This document shows, one piece after another, positions 1 through 9,948 of a stretch of DNA of 64,000 bases. The translations under genes and the position numbers were made by a program. The DNA comes from a candidate division WOR-3 bacterium (GTDB lineage Bacteria; Hydrothermota; Hydrothermia; B15-G9; WFZT01). Position 1 is the first letter of the stretch; each line of letters begins with the position of its first letter. The stretch spans positions 18,135-82,134 of the forward strand of contig JALUEE010000090.1 in the NCBI GenBank assembly GCA_027053075.1, in the 5' to 3' direction. A model generated the notes under the pieces. The model made no database searches, was not told the origin of the DNA, and saw nothing but the letters and a program-made list of their open reading frames with translations.

Positions 1-433
1 TGAATTCATAGCCAAAAATTTTCAGCCTTTTAACATTGTCCTGAAGCACGCGACTGTTCCACATCTCGGTGTGCATGGCTGGAGCAAGTAAAACAGGTCT
101 GTCAATAGCTCCGATGGTGGATGTCAGAAGGTCATCTGCAAGTCCGTGGGCGAGCTTACCTAAAAAGTGCATGGTGGCCGGTGCCACTACTACAACATCT
201 GGCCACCTCGCGAGCTCGATGTGAAGAGGGACTTTCTGACCAGGAATCCAGAAGTCGTCCTCTGTAAAAACATCGTTAACCGTAAGGTTTGATATAGAGA
301 GTGATGAGATAAAATTCTCACCCCCTCTTGAAAGTATAGTTTTTACTTCATGTCCGGCTTTTACTAAAAGCCTTGCAACTAAAACACTTTTGTATGCCGC
401 TATACTACCGGTTACGCCCAGAAGGACCTTCAC
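1..433 (-). CDS. coaBC: Phosphopantothenoylcysteine decarboxylase/ligase CoaBC, N-terminal part (runs off window)
   Basis: Manual translation from GTG at 433: MKVLLGVTGSIAAYK...HIELARWPD..VAPAT..KLAHGLADDLL...LAPAMHTEMW. Follows rpoZ as usual. Not in ORF track. Confidence 0.93.
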   Translation of the reverse strand, partial: MKVLLGVTGSIAAYKSVLVARLLVKAGHEVKTILSRGGENFISSLSISNLTVNDVFTEDDFWIPGQKVPLHIELARWPDVVVVAPATMHFLGKLAHGLADDLLTSTIGAIDRPVLLAPAMHTEMWNSRVLQDNVKRLKIFGYEF

Positions 434-653
434 TTATCACCACCTTTCTGACTTTTGTCTTTTTAACAATCCTCCACTTAATTTCACCTCTGATCAGTTT
501 CTCAAGTGCCAGTATGGTGGGCTTTATAGGTAACTTCTCTCCCTTTTCTCTTGCCTCTCTTGCGATTCTCCTTGCTTCTTTAGATGCAATCACAATTGCT
601 TTGTATTTATTGGGCATAACCTTCCACAGATCATCAACTGTGAATCTTTCCAT
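405..653 (-). CDS. rpoZ: RNA polymerase omega subunit
   Basis: 82 aa with NKYKAIVIASKEARRI and KPTILALEKL; GGAGG RBS; directly upstream of coaBC. Confidence 0.88.
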   Translation of the reverse strand: MERFTVDDLWKVMPNKYKAIVIASKEARRIAREAREKGEKLPIKPTILALEKLIRGEIKWRIVKKTKVRKVVISEGPSGRNR

Positions 654-718
654 TTTTCAATCACCTCCAGGGCGTTGATTATAAAGCATTCAACCCGTAT
701 TTGGAATGTTTTTATGTG

Positions 719-769
719 CTTTTTTAGGGGTGGCCCGCGCACTCTGTGCGCGGGCCACCCCTAAAAAAG
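719..769. repeat. Perfect 24-bp inverted repeat (REP-like or bidirectional terminator-like hairpin)
   Basis: cttttttaggggtggcccgcgcac-tct-gtgcgcgggccacccctaaaaaag. Confidence 0.8.
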
Positions 770-850
770 AGAGACAACTTTTCAATCAGCCCAACATGAG
801 CTATTTGGCGAACTTCACGTTATTTGGGTTTCCAAAAGGAATCCCCCCAT

Positions 851-915
851 CTATCTCCTCCCCCCGCATAAATTTGTTCGCGGGGGGAGGATGAAAGGAG
901 AGGGGCCACATATTA
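851..915 (-). repeat. Dispersed palindromic repeat, module A (reverse orientation)
   Basis: ctcctccccccgcataaatttgttcgcggggggagg...gaggggccacatatt resembles 59121-59178 and the reverse complement of 42611-42668. Confidence 0.75.
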
Positions 916-1180
916 AAGTTTTTTGGATAAAATGAGAGAAAATCTAACAAATTTTCCCTCACATCCAGTGTATGAGGGTATTTGTCTTAGATTATTAATT
1001 TTTCAAGAGAGATCCCTGCGTCTATACTTGCTTTGACAAGCAGTAGAAATCATTAAATACACTCTATTTGCAAATGCAGATTATGGAGAATCAAATTTTC
1101 CAAATCCTTTTGTTTAACCTTGACATTGAACGATGAAAGTGATTACACTAATAAAAATTTCCCAGGGAGGTAGAAAGAAG

Positions 1181-2461
1181 ATGAAGAAGCTCATCATCGC
1201 TATAGCTGTATTCGGAGCACTCTATATGACATCTTGTGCACCACCGGCTTCTCAGCAGGGTGCGAATGTTACTGTTAAAAAAACAAAGAGAACCTATTCG
1301 CCGGACTCTGCCAAGATCTGGTTCTCCGTCGGCAAAGATTACCTGAATAAAAAGCGTTATGACGACGCCATCAGGAACTTTAAGGTCTCAATTGAGTACG
1401 ATTCAACATTCATTCCTGCATACCTGAACCTCGCATGGGCTTATCTACAGAAGGCACAGACGCTCACAATGGATACCACATGGAAGGTTTATTACGATTC
1501 TGCGGCAACGGTTTACAGAAAGATCGCTCAGATAGATCCAAAAGACTCCAGAGGCTGGCAGGGGCTCGGATTCATGTATGGAATTTATAAAAATGACATA
1601 GACTCAGGAATTTATTTTTACAGAAAAGCCCTTGAGGTGGACCCCAACAACAATGATGCCCGCTACGGATTGGCAAAGTTGCTGGATAGGGCGGGCAGGA
1701 AAGATGAGGCCGAAAAACTATACAAAGAGGCCCTTGCAAAAGACCCGAACAATCCGGGTTTGAATAAATCCTACGGGAGATTCCTTGCAGAACAGAAGAG
1801 ATATGCGGAGGCAGTTCCATATCTTGAAAAAGTCATTTCAAAGACTCCTAACGATTACGAGTTGATTGGATACCTTGCCAAGGGATACGAACAACTTGCA
1901 CAGAAGGAGCAGGACCCCCAGAAGAAGGCCGAATATATTGATAAAGCCCTTTATTACTACGACAAACTGATTGAGCACAATCCCAAGGATTACACCCTCT
2001 ACATGAAGAAGGGGGACCTCTTGCTGATGAAGGGCGACGTGGACGGTGCAATTGCCCAGTATGACAAGGCGATAGAGCTTGCCCCAAATAGCCCCTATCC
2101 ATACCTGAAGAAGGTTGCAGTGATAATTGACAAGAAACACGATCAGATTGCAGCCCGTAAGATACTTTTGAAGGCCATCTCCCTTGAGATTCCAGACCCT
2201 GTTCTCAAAGCCGCTGCTTATGCTCTGCTGGCTGATACCTATATCTACACGGGTCGCCAGTATTACAAAAAGGCGAAGAAGGAAAAGATCAGAGACTACT
2301 ACAAGGATGCTATGGACAATTACGACGAAGCAATCAAGTATCTTAAAAAAGTCCTTGAAATTCAGGGCGCGGGTAAATGGAAGGATTATGCGCAAAAGCA
2401 GCTTTTGAGGGTTCAGAAGCTGCGGAAATTTGCGTATCGTAAGTATGTTGGCATTGGGTAA
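1181..2461 (+). CDS. TPR-repeat lipoprotein
   Basis: GGAGG RBS before ATG 1181; signal peptide with lipobox-like MTSC; many TPR repeats (ALEVDPNN, AIELAPNS). Confidence 0.85.
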   Translation: MKKLIIAIAVFGALYMTSCAPPASQQGANVTVKKTKRTYSPDSAKIWFSVGKDYLNKKRYDDAIRNFKVSIEYDSTFIPAYLNLAWAYLQKAQTLTMDTTWKVYYDSAATVYRKIAQIDPKDSRGWQGLGFMYGIYKNDIDSGIYFYRKALEVDPNNNDARYGLAKLLDRAGRKDEAEKLYKEALAKDPNNPGLNKSYGRFLAEQKRYAEAVPYLEKVISKTPNDYELIGYLAKGYEQLAQKEQDPQKKAEYIDKALYYYDKLIEHNPKDYTLYMKKGDLLLMKGDVDGAIAQYDKAIELAPNSPYPYLKKVAVIIDKKHDQIAARKILLKAISLEIPDPVLKAAAYALLADTYIYTGRQYYKKAKKEKIRDYYKDAMDNYDEAIKYLKKVLEIQGAGKWKDYAQKQLLRVQKLRKFAYRKYVGIG

Positions 2462-2970
2462 TGTCCGTTAAAGGAAGGGTACTTGTTTTAAATGGAAACT
2501 ACGAACCTTTAAATGTAAGCACGGTAAAGAGGGCCGTTACCCTTGTTTATCTGGGGAAGGCCGAGATAGTTCACAGGTATGATGGCGGGGTATTGCGAGC
2601 CGAAAGGCTCGCAATACCCCGCCCAAGTGTTATTAAACTCCGCTACTACATCAAAGTCAAAAGAAGAGAAATACCCCTCACCAAGAAAAATATTCTCAAA
2701 AGGGATAACTACACATGCCAGTACTGTGGCACGACTGAGGGGCCAATGACTGTTGACCATGTTATACCCAAAAAATACGGCGGAAAAGATACCTGGGAGA
2801 ATCTTGTTTGTGCCTGTTTTAAATGCAACAACAAGAAAGGGGATAGAACCCCTGAACAGGCTGGGATGAAACTACTCAGAAAACCAAGGAAGCCACACTA
2901 CTTCCTCTTTATCTTAAACGGTGAGAAAATCCCCGACGAAAAATGGAAACCCTATCTTTTCATGGTTTGA
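2461..2970 (+). CDS. HNH endonuclease (McrA/HNH_5-like)
   Basis: RDNYTCQYCG...TVDHVIPK..GG..TWENLVCAC..CNNKKG. Confidence 0.92.
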   Translation: MSVKGRVLVLNGNYEPLNVSTVKRAVTLVYLGKAEIVHRYDGGVLRAERLAIPRPSVIKLRYYIKVKRREIPLTKKNILKRDNYTCQYCGTTEGPMTVDHVIPKKYGGKDTWENLVCACFKCNNKKGDRTPEQAGMKLLRKPRKPHYFLFILNGEKIPDEKWKPYLFMV

Positions 2971-3009
2971 GAATTTGCAAAGCCTTCCCCTCCATTATTT
3001 CGGAACGGG

Positions 3010-3885
3010 TTAGAGGGGTTCTACTGCTGGTTCCTCACCTTCAGCAAAATAGTTGATGACTATGCCAGCAAGGATAAAGAGGGAGCCTACTACCTGAAGT
3101 GTTTTAACACCTTCACCAAGGATGAAGTAGGCAAGAATTGCAGAGCCAATGGGCTCACCAAGAATCAAAACTGTTACGAAGGTCGCAGACGTATGCTTCA
3201 GGGCCCAGTTGAAAGACGTGTGACCAATAATCTGTGGAATAAGCGCAAGAAGCACAAAATATTTGAAAACGTCAACCGGATAACTTTTTATTGGTGTTCC
3301 GGTAAGGACGCAAAAAATATAGAGAAACACCGAGGCTGAAAGGTAAACGGGGAACACATACTCAATCAATCCCGCGTGTTTCCTCGTTCTCCTGCCAATC
3401 AAAAAATAGATGGAAATCATTATAGAGCCAAGAATAGAAAGGACATCCCCCTTCAAATTGGCAAGTCCTACAAGCCTGTCGGAATAGCCCACAATCAGTC
3501 CACCTAAAAGTGAAACAAAAATACCAGTCCAGGCAAGCAAAGACGGTTTCTCTTTTAGGAAAATCCAGGATAGAATACCCACGAAAACCGGGTTCATGGT
3601 TACAAGAACTACCGAACTCAGGACGGATGTGTATTTTAGAGAGCTTATCCAGAATGCAAAGTGTAATGCCATAAAGAGCCCCGCAAGCACCTCGTAGCGA
3701 AAATCTTCTCCAAGCCTTCCACCCTTCAGGGCATAGACCGGGGAAATGAAGAGGGTTGCAAGAAAAAGTCTGTAAAATGCGATAACAAGGGCTGGAACCT
3801 GTGGAACCAGTTTGATAAAAATACTTGCAAACGAAACAGATATAACCCCTATTAAAACTACGGTAAAAACTTTGAATCTGGACAT
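3010..3885 (-). CDS. DMT/EamA family transporter
   Basis: About 10 hydrophobic segments in two EamA repeats; GHTSFNWAL, GEPIGS. Confidence 0.9.
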   Translation of the reverse strand: MSRFKVFTVVLIGVISVSFASIFIKLVPQVPALVIAFYRLFLATLFISPVYALKGGRLGEDFRYEVLAGLFMALHFAFWISSLKYTSVLSSVVLVTMNPVFVGILSWIFLKEKPSLLAWTGIFVSLLGGLIVGYSDRLVGLANLKGDVLSILGSIMISIYFLIGRRTRKHAGLIEYVFPVYLSASVFLYIFCVLTGTPIKSYPVDVFKYFVLLALIPQIIGHTSFNWALKHTSATFVTVLILGEPIGSAILAYFILGEGVKTLQVVGSLFILAGIVINYFAEGEEPAVEPL

Positions 3886-3893
3886 TCAGGAGT

Positions 3894-4289
3894 TTAAATG
3901 TCTATGTGCTTTTTCTCATTCCGCTTCAGGTCAAGTGATGAGGTGAGGAAAAATATCTCCAGGGTATTCCAGACCTCTGCCTCCAGGAGATGACCGCCTT
4001 TAACTTCTCCACTTTTCAGGCCAACTACGGCGTGGATATGATATGGAGGCTCCGCATTCTTCATAAGAGAGCCACTCAGTGCGAGTACCTCAACCGGCTC
4101 TGGAATAAGATGTTCGATGTATTTCCCCTTCTCGAAGTATCCAAGCTTTACGCCGCGAAACATACCGAGACCAGATAGAATGATCTTCAATGGCTCACCT
4201 GTTTCGATCAAATCTTTTAAGCCAGCGATAAAATTCTCTCCGTCATCAAACCTTGCAACCAATACTCCATCTTTTTCCACAAACTTCAT
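3894..4289 (-). CDS. PPC/DUF296 domain protein
   Basis: EVLALSGSL...HIHAVVG...GGHL motif. Confidence 0.88.
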   Translation of the reverse strand: MKFVEKDGVLVARFDDGENFIAGLKDLIETGEPLKIILSGLGMFRGVKLGYFEKGKYIEHLIPEPVEVLALSGSLMKNAEPPYHIHAVVGLKSGEVKGGHLLEAEVWNTLEIFFLTSSLDLKRNEKKHIDI

Positions 4290-5200
4290 TGCATTTCCTC
4301 CTCTTTAACACTTTCAAGTGCAGCCTTTACCATTGCCCTTAAATTTATAAGGTAAGCCTCAATAGGCTGATACACCTGCTCCTTTTCGTAGTCCTCCATC
4401 GTTATGATTTTTACCACTTTTTCTGTGTCACCAAATCTTCTGTAAAGGCTAATTATTCGGTTGCGATAATCCATGGTTGTTCTAAGGTGCTTTTCAATAT
4501 GCTCTCTCACCTGGTCTTTCCCCTTTACCACACCTGAGTGGGGGAGACACAGTAGCTCTATATCAAGTTTTTTTAGAAGTTCAATGGATTTCGCATATTC
4601 GTCGTAGTTCGAAAGAAACTCAGCCATGATGCTACCTGAGCCCGTGTAAACTCCAAGTCCATCGCTGCCAAATACCGCTTTATCGGGTGTCAGGTAGTAG
4701 GTCACTGAGTCTTTAGTGTGCCCCGGTGTATAAAAAACTTTCATTTCCACTCCATCGCCAAGATCAAAAACTTCACCATCTTCAGCTACATGGTCAACTT
4801 CAATTGTGTCAATCTCGGCTGCTTTCTTCCAGTCTTCATCAATGTTCGGATCAAATCTAAGGGATTGTCTGTTAAGCTCCCGGATGATTTCCATGGCCCG
4901 GGGATTTGAGAAAACCTTTGCTGCATAGGGGTGGGCAACCACCTTTATTCGTGGATTGATCCTTTTTATGTAGGAAACAAGCCCCACATGGTCATAGTGA
5001 GAATGGGTAAGAAAAAGGTAATCCAGTTTGTCAAATCCACCAATGGTCTTTTCCACATCGTGGGTTAGCCCCTTAACGTTCACTGTCATCCCTGCATCCA
5101 CAAGTGCCTTTGATGGGGCATCAATAATGTAGAACGACATCATGGCGTCCCCGACAAAATGGACATGTTCGGATACTCTTGAGGGCTCCAATATCCTCAT
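4286..5200 (-). CDS. Metallo-beta-lactamase fold hydrolase
   Basis: THSHYDHVG, TPGHT, SDG and PH motifs. Confidence 0.9.
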   Translation of the reverse strand: MRILEPSRVSEHVHFVGDAMMSFYIIDAPSKALVDAGMTVNVKGLTHDVEKTIGGFDKLDYLFLTHSHYDHVGLVSYIKRINPRIKVVAHPYAAKVFSNPRAMEIIRELNRQSLRFDPNIDEDWKKAAEIDTIEVDHVAEDGEVFDLGDGVEMKVFYTPGHTKDSVTYYLTPDKAVFGSDGLGVYTGSGSIMAEFLSNYDEYAKSIELLKKLDIELLCLPHSGVVKGKDQVREHIEKHLRTTMDYRNRIISLYRRFGDTEKVVKIITMEDYEKEQVYQPIEAYLINLRAMVKAALESVKEEEMQ

Positions 5201-5703
5201 TTCTGTTTAGTGGTTGAGAGTTTTGTTATGGTCTCATAAATCTTCGCAAGGTCTCTTTTCTCTTCTTCGATGACCTTTTCAATCATCAGGCGGGCTTCCA
5301 TGTCATGGATATAGTTGGCAAGTTCCTGATAGAGAAGAATTGCATTTTTCTTATGCTCCTTCGCAAGCTTCAGAGCGTCAAGCGGGTCTTTTATCCCCTT
5401 TAAAACTTCGTCCTTGTTTTTTCTGTTTACAAAGATGTTTTCGTCGATGATGAACTTGAAAAATTCTTCCATGCCCGGAGGTCCACATAGCTCATCCTCA
5501 ATGGCTTTATCCTCACAGACCCGTGCCTTGAGACTCGAGAAAATATCGCGATGTTCCTTCTCCCTCTCGAGAATTTCCTTGAAAAGACCCTTGAGCTCCG
5601 GGTCTTTTACTGTTTCCACCACGTAGTTGTAGCAGAAAATGGTTTCATCAAAAATGGAGAGGATAAGGTCAATAACGTCCAGGACTTTAATCTTTTCCTT
5701 CAT
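5197..5703 (-). CDS. Ferritin/rubrerythrin-like protein
   Basis: EREKEH and EEEKRD diiron-type helices; some ligands degenerate. Confidence 0.75.
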   Translation of the reverse strand: MKEKIKVLDVIDLILSIFDETIFCYNYVVETVKDPELKGLFKEILEREKEHRDIFSSLKARVCEDKAIEDELCGPPGMEEFFKFIIDENIFVNRKNKDEVLKGIKDPLDALKLAKEHKKNAILLYQELANYIHDMEARLMIEKVIEEEKRDLAKIYETITKLSTTKQK

Positions 5704-6493
5704 TATTCCCTCCTTTTAAAACACGTGCTTTTATCTCTTTTAACCTTTGCTGAGTGGCATCAAGAATCTCAAACTCAATGTTACCTATGGTGAACTTTTC
5801 ACCAACTTTTGGCACACGGTCGAGCTTCTCCAGGATGTAGCCACTCAATGTATTGACCTCCTCGGATTCGAGGTCTACGCCAAGCACCTTCGATGCCTCG
5901 TCGAGGTCAATCCTCGCCTTGAAGATAACGCTACCGTCATCCAGTTTTCTGTATAAAATTTCTTCCCTGTCAAATTCCTCCCAGATTTCACCCACGATTT
6001 CCTCGATCAAGTCTTCGAGTGTCACAAGCCCTGTAACACTTCCAAATTCGTCCACAACCATGGCAATAGAAATATGCTTTGCCTGGAAGAATCTCAAGCT
6101 ATCCAGTACTTTTTTATTCTCTGGAATGAAGACGGGCCTCATCATCAGGTCGCTAACGGTAAATTTATCAATCTTATCCAGATGCTTGAGTACCTCCTTC
6201 ATATACAGGATGCCGACCACATTATCAGAGCGTTCCCTTATCACTGGCATCTTTGAGAAACCGTTCTTCTTGTAAACTTCGATGGCCTCTCTTAGTGGCA
6301 TGGATGCTTTGACAGTAACCATGTCAACTCTGGGTTTCATCACCTCTTCAACCTGCTTGTCCGAAATATCCATGAGCCTTTCCACTATCATCTTCAGGTG
6401 TTGGGGGATAATTTCTTTTTCAGCTGCCTTCTCAAATATTTCCTTTAGTTCTTCAATGTTGTTTACGTTGCAAAATAGGTTAATCCATCGCAT
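5687..6493 (-). CDS. CBS-pair plus CorC/HlyC domain protein
   Basis: VMKPRVD, FSKMPV, VVDEFGSVTGLVTLEDLIEEIVGEI, TLSGY. Confidence 0.9.
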   Translation of the reverse strand: MRWINLFCNVNNIEELKEIFEKAAEKEIIPQHLKMIVERLMDISDKQVEEVMKPRVDMVTVKASMPLREAIEVYKKNGFSKMPVIRERSDNVVGILYMKEVLKHLDKIDKFTVSDLMMRPVFIPENKKVLDSLRFFQAKHISIAMVVDEFGSVTGLVTLEDLIEEIVGEIWEEFDREEILYRKLDDGSVIFKARIDLDEASKVLGVDLESEEVNTLSGYILEKLDRVPKVGEKFTIGNIEFEILDATQQRLKEIKARVLKGGNNEGKD

Positions 6494-7148
6494 TTTCTAT
6501 TATCTCGCTCCCCTCAGGCGGAACTACGAGTCCGCCCGAAACAACCATTTTTATAGCATCTTCAATACTGATGTTAAGGTACTTCACCTTCGATTCTTCC
6601 ACTATTATATACCAACCCGAAGTCGGATTTGGAGTTGTGGGAATAAAAACATTTAGCAAATTTCCCCTACCGGTACGCCATTTCTCGCTATTGGTTATAA
6701 ATCCTATGGCGAAACTCCCTTCATAAGGAAACTCAACAAGTACCGCATGGGCAAAGGAGCGGTTTTGCGTTGAAAACGCATTTATCAATTGCTTTGTGCC
6801 AACATAAATACTTCTCACAAAAGGGATTTTCTCAATTATTGACTCACCGTACCCAAGAATCTCGCGGCCAATAAAGCTCGAAGAGAAAATCCCCACTATG
6901 TAGATGATGAAAACAAGAAGCACAAGGGCAACAAGGGTCAGGAAAAACTGGGGAATCCAGCTCAGCAGAGGAAAGTGTGAGAGAATGGAGGCGAGTTTGC
7001 CTCCTATAGCTGCAACTATCACCCAGATGACATAAAGTGTGATTAGAACGGGTGCTAATGTTATAAGGCCGGTTACGAAGTTCCTTCGAAAGGGTGGAGG
7101 CTCAACCTCTCGTGCCTTTTTTATGAGTTCTTCAAATTTTGCCTTCAT
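6480..7148 (-). CDS. DUF502 membrane protein
   Basis: FIPTTPNPTSGW, KIPFVRSIY, VVSGG. Confidence 0.9.
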   Translation of the reverse strand: MKAKFEELIKKAREVEPPPFRRNFVTGLITLAPVLITLYVIWVIVAAIGGKLASILSHFPLLSWIPQFFLTLVALVLLVFIIYIVGIFSSSFIGREILGYGESIIEKIPFVRSIYVGTKQLINAFSTQNRSFAHAVLVEFPYEGSFAIGFITNSEKWRTGRGNLLNVFIPTTPNPTSGWYIIVEESKVKYLNISIEDAIKMVVSGGLVVPPEGSEIIENAMD

Positions 7149-8529
7149 CTTTTATCCCCATCCTCTTTTTAATTTCTCCTGCAGCAACAAGCCCGGAAAT
7201 TGCCGAGTGCAGAAGACCTCTTGTAATCCCTGCACCGTCACCAATAGTGAAAAGTCCCTGTACAGAAGTTTCAAGGGACTTACTGACCTCAATCCTATTG
7301 GAGTAGAACTTAACTTCAACCCCATACAGCAAAGTATAGGGTGAAGCCACACCAGGTGCAATTTTATCGAGAGCCTCGAGCATTTCGATCAGGTTCACAA
7401 GGTACCTGTATGGAAGAATAAAAGATATGTCACCGGGGACAGCACTTTCAAGTGTTGGTTTTACTGGGTTTTTGGAAATTCTCCTCTCTGTAGACCTACG
7501 CCCTCTCATGAGATCACCTAACCTCTGAAGAAGCACACCGCCGGAGATCAGGTTTGCAAGTCTTACTATGGATTTCCCAAATGTTATTGGATCATTAAAG
7601 GGCTCAGTGAAACTTGTTGAAACCAGCAGGGCAAAGTTGGTATTTTCTGAAATAGGCTCCGTATTGGAAAATCCGTTGACCGTGATGACATCTTCTGCGA
7701 ATTCCTGAACCACCACACCATTGGGATTAACGCAGAAAGTTCTAATTCTATCGTCAAACTTCTGAGAGTAGTAAATTAGCTTGGGCTCGTATACCACTTT
7801 TGTCAGGTGGTCCATAATGGATGCAGGAAGCTCCACTCTTACACCGATATCCACTGGATTGGGGTGCGTTTTTAAACCTAATTTTTTTGCCTGCTTGGCC
7901 ATCCAGGTCGCCCCTGCTCGCCCCGGCGCCACAATGACAAAGTCTGCATGATACTCATTTCTCTTACTTCTTACTCCATAAACCTTGCCATCTTTAGCAA
8001 GAATTTCCTCGACCTTTTCGTTGAAATGAATATCAATCCCGAGCCTATCCACATAATTTCTCATGCTCTCGAGAACCTTAAAGCCACCGTCTGTGCCAAG
8101 ATGCCTGATAGGGGTTGGAACGAAAACGAGTCCATGCTTCTGGGCCTCATACTTAATTTTCCTTATGGCGTCGTCGTCAGTTCCAAATAGCCTGTCTGGA
8201 GCACCAAATTCAAGCAGTCTGCTGTCCACATATTTCATTAATCTCAGGAAACTGTGGTTTTCGATGTATTTTTCGAGGTTGCCGCCCACCTGTGGTGAAA
8301 GCGTAATTTTCCCATCTGAAAATGCGCCCGCACCGCCAAATCCTGAAATCAGAGGACACACGGGGCATCTGAGGCATATTTTCTTATAGTCTATGGCGGG
8401 ACAACGGCGTTTTTTTAAATCAGGCCCTTTTTCGATGATTATAACATTAAGTCCAGCCTCTGCGAGTTCAATGGCAGAAAACAAACCTGCAGGACCCGCA
8501 CCAACGATTATAACGTCGTACTTTTCCAT
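7132..8529 (-). CDS. FAD-dependent oxidoreductase (COG2509-like)
   Basis: GAGPAG, GFGGAGAFSDGK, RHLGTD, EVKFYS, GDGAGITRGL. Confidence 0.88.
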   Translation of the reverse strand: MEKYDVIIVGAGPAGLFSAIELAEAGLNVIIIEKGPDLKKRRCPAIDYKKICLRCPVCPLISGFGGAGAFSDGKITLSPQVGGNLEKYIENHSFLRLMKYVDSRLLEFGAPDRLFGTDDDAIRKIKYEAQKHGLVFVPTPIRHLGTDGGFKVLESMRNYVDRLGIDIHFNEKVEEILAKDGKVYGVRSKRNEYHADFVIVAPGRAGATWMAKQAKKLGLKTHPNPVDIGVRVELPASIMDHLTKVVYEPKLIYYSQKFDDRIRTFCVNPNGVVVQEFAEDVITVNGFSNTEPISENTNFALLVSTSFTEPFNDPITFGKSIVRLANLISGGVLLQRLGDLMRGRRSTERRISKNPVKPTLESAVPGDISFILPYRYLVNLIEMLEALDKIAPGVASPYTLLYGVEVKFYSNRIEVSKSLETSVQGLFTIGDGAGITRGLLHSAISGLVAAGEIKKRMGIKDEGKI

Positions 8530-9948
8530 TTATTCAACAATGGAAACTTTCATCAGGTTTGTGCGTCCCTTCACCCAGAGTGGGTAGCCAGCTACTGTCA
8601 CGTAGAGGTCGCCTTTTTCAAGAACTTTCCGTTCGAGCCCGATGTCTTCTGCAAGCTCAAAGATGCTCTCTACCTGCTCAACCTTGCGGTTTATCACATG
8701 GTAATCAACGCCAAAGAGAATGAGCATCTTGCGCGCTACATCCATAGATGGAGTGATGGCCAAAACTGGCATTCGTGGACGCAGTTTGGAGATAAATTTC
8801 GCCGTAAATCCACTCTTTGTGAAAACAATAATGGCCTTTGCGCCAAGCTCCACTGCACTTTCCACAGCAGCACGCGCCACGGACCTTGCAATAGGCGAGC
8901 GTTTGAATGATATACTCTCGAATGGAGGCAAAGCCTCTTCCACAGTGGAGGCAACATTTTCAAGTGTTTCAATGACTTTGACTGGATATTTGCCGATACT
9001 CGTTTCTTCGGTCACAAGAAGGGCATCCGAGCCATCAAAAATGGCATTGGCAATGTCTGAAACCTCTGCTCTTGTGGGAGTCTCGTGGGTAACCATGGAC
9101 TCGAGAATCTGTGTGGCCGTTATAACGGGTTTTGAATACTCTTTGGCGAGTTTGATTATCCTCTTCTGCGCGAGGGGGACAAGGGGCAGGGAAATTTCCA
9201 CACCCAGATCACCACGGGCCACAATTACGCCATCAGAGACCTGCATTATTTCCGGCAGGTTGTCGAGCGCTGCCTTGCACTCGATTTTAGAAATTATCCA
9301 GGGATGTTCTTTTTTGTTGCCGAGTTTGCTTTGAATCAATTCCTTTACATATTTAACATCACCAGCGGTTCTCACAAATGAAAGTGCCACAAAATCCACA
9401 CCAAGTTCAAGCGAGATATCAAGGTCAGCCCTGTCCTTATCAGTCAAAATGGGCAGATTTTTCAATGCCCCGGGTACATTGACCCCTTTACCGACCTTTA
9501 TTTCACCGCCGACAAGACATATTGCCTCAAGGTATCTTCTTGATTTTTTGACCACCTGAAAACGAACTTTACCATCGTTCACAAGTATCATATCGCCTTC
9601 ATTTACGTCATCTACGAAGTCTCGAAAGTCCACAACGATAACATTTTCTTCCTCGACATCTTCAAATCCCGTGAACCGCACGACATCTCCCTTTTTGACA
9701 TTCATTGGGGATGCAGCAAGTTTCTTAATCCTCACTTTGGGACCGTGGAGATCGGCCATGATACCGATGGGGCGATTAAGCTCCTTCTCAAGCTCTCTTA
9801 GGAGCCCGTGATACTCCCGGAAAGTTTCGTGGTTTGTGAAGGAGAAGTTGAATCTGAAAACATCTGTTCCCGCGAGGACCATGTTTTTAATGGTCTCCCG
9901 GTCAAAGGTGCTTGGCCCAAGGGTTGCAAGAATCTTAGTCTTTGACAT
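8530..9948 (-). CDS. pyk: Pyruvate kinase
   Basis: TKILATLGPS, SKIE, VARGDLGVE, TATQILESM, PTRAEVSDIANA. Confidence 0.96.
   Translation of the reverse strand: MSKTKILATLGPSTFDRETIKNMVLAGTDVFRFNFSFTNHETFREYHGLLRELEKELNRPIGIMADLHGPKVRIKKLAASPMNVKKGDVVRFTGFEDVEEENVIVVDFRDFVDDVNEGDMILVNDGKVRFQVVKKSRRYLEAICLVGGEIKVGKGVNVPGALKNLPILTDKDRADLDISLELGVDFVALSFVRTAGDVKYVKELIQSKLGNKKEHPWIISKIECKAALDNLPEIMQVSDGVIVARGDLGVEISLPLVPLAQKRIIKLAKEYSKPVITATQILESMVTHETPTRAEVSDIANAIFDGSDALLVTEETSIGKYPVKVIETLENVASTVEEALPPFESISFKRSPIARSVARAAVESAVELGAKAIIVFTKSGFTAKFISKLRPRMPVLAITPSMDVARKMLILFGVDYHVINRKVEQVESIFELAEDIGLERKVLEKGDLYVTVAGYPLWVKGRTNLMKVSIVE

Noticed and set aside
706..894. 62-aa ORF, and similar intergenic ORFs at 15501-15905, 37459-37686, 58729-59022 and 59246-59479
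   Set aside because: They run through palindromic repeats, regulatory sites or tRNA sequence and lack RBS or protein-like motifs
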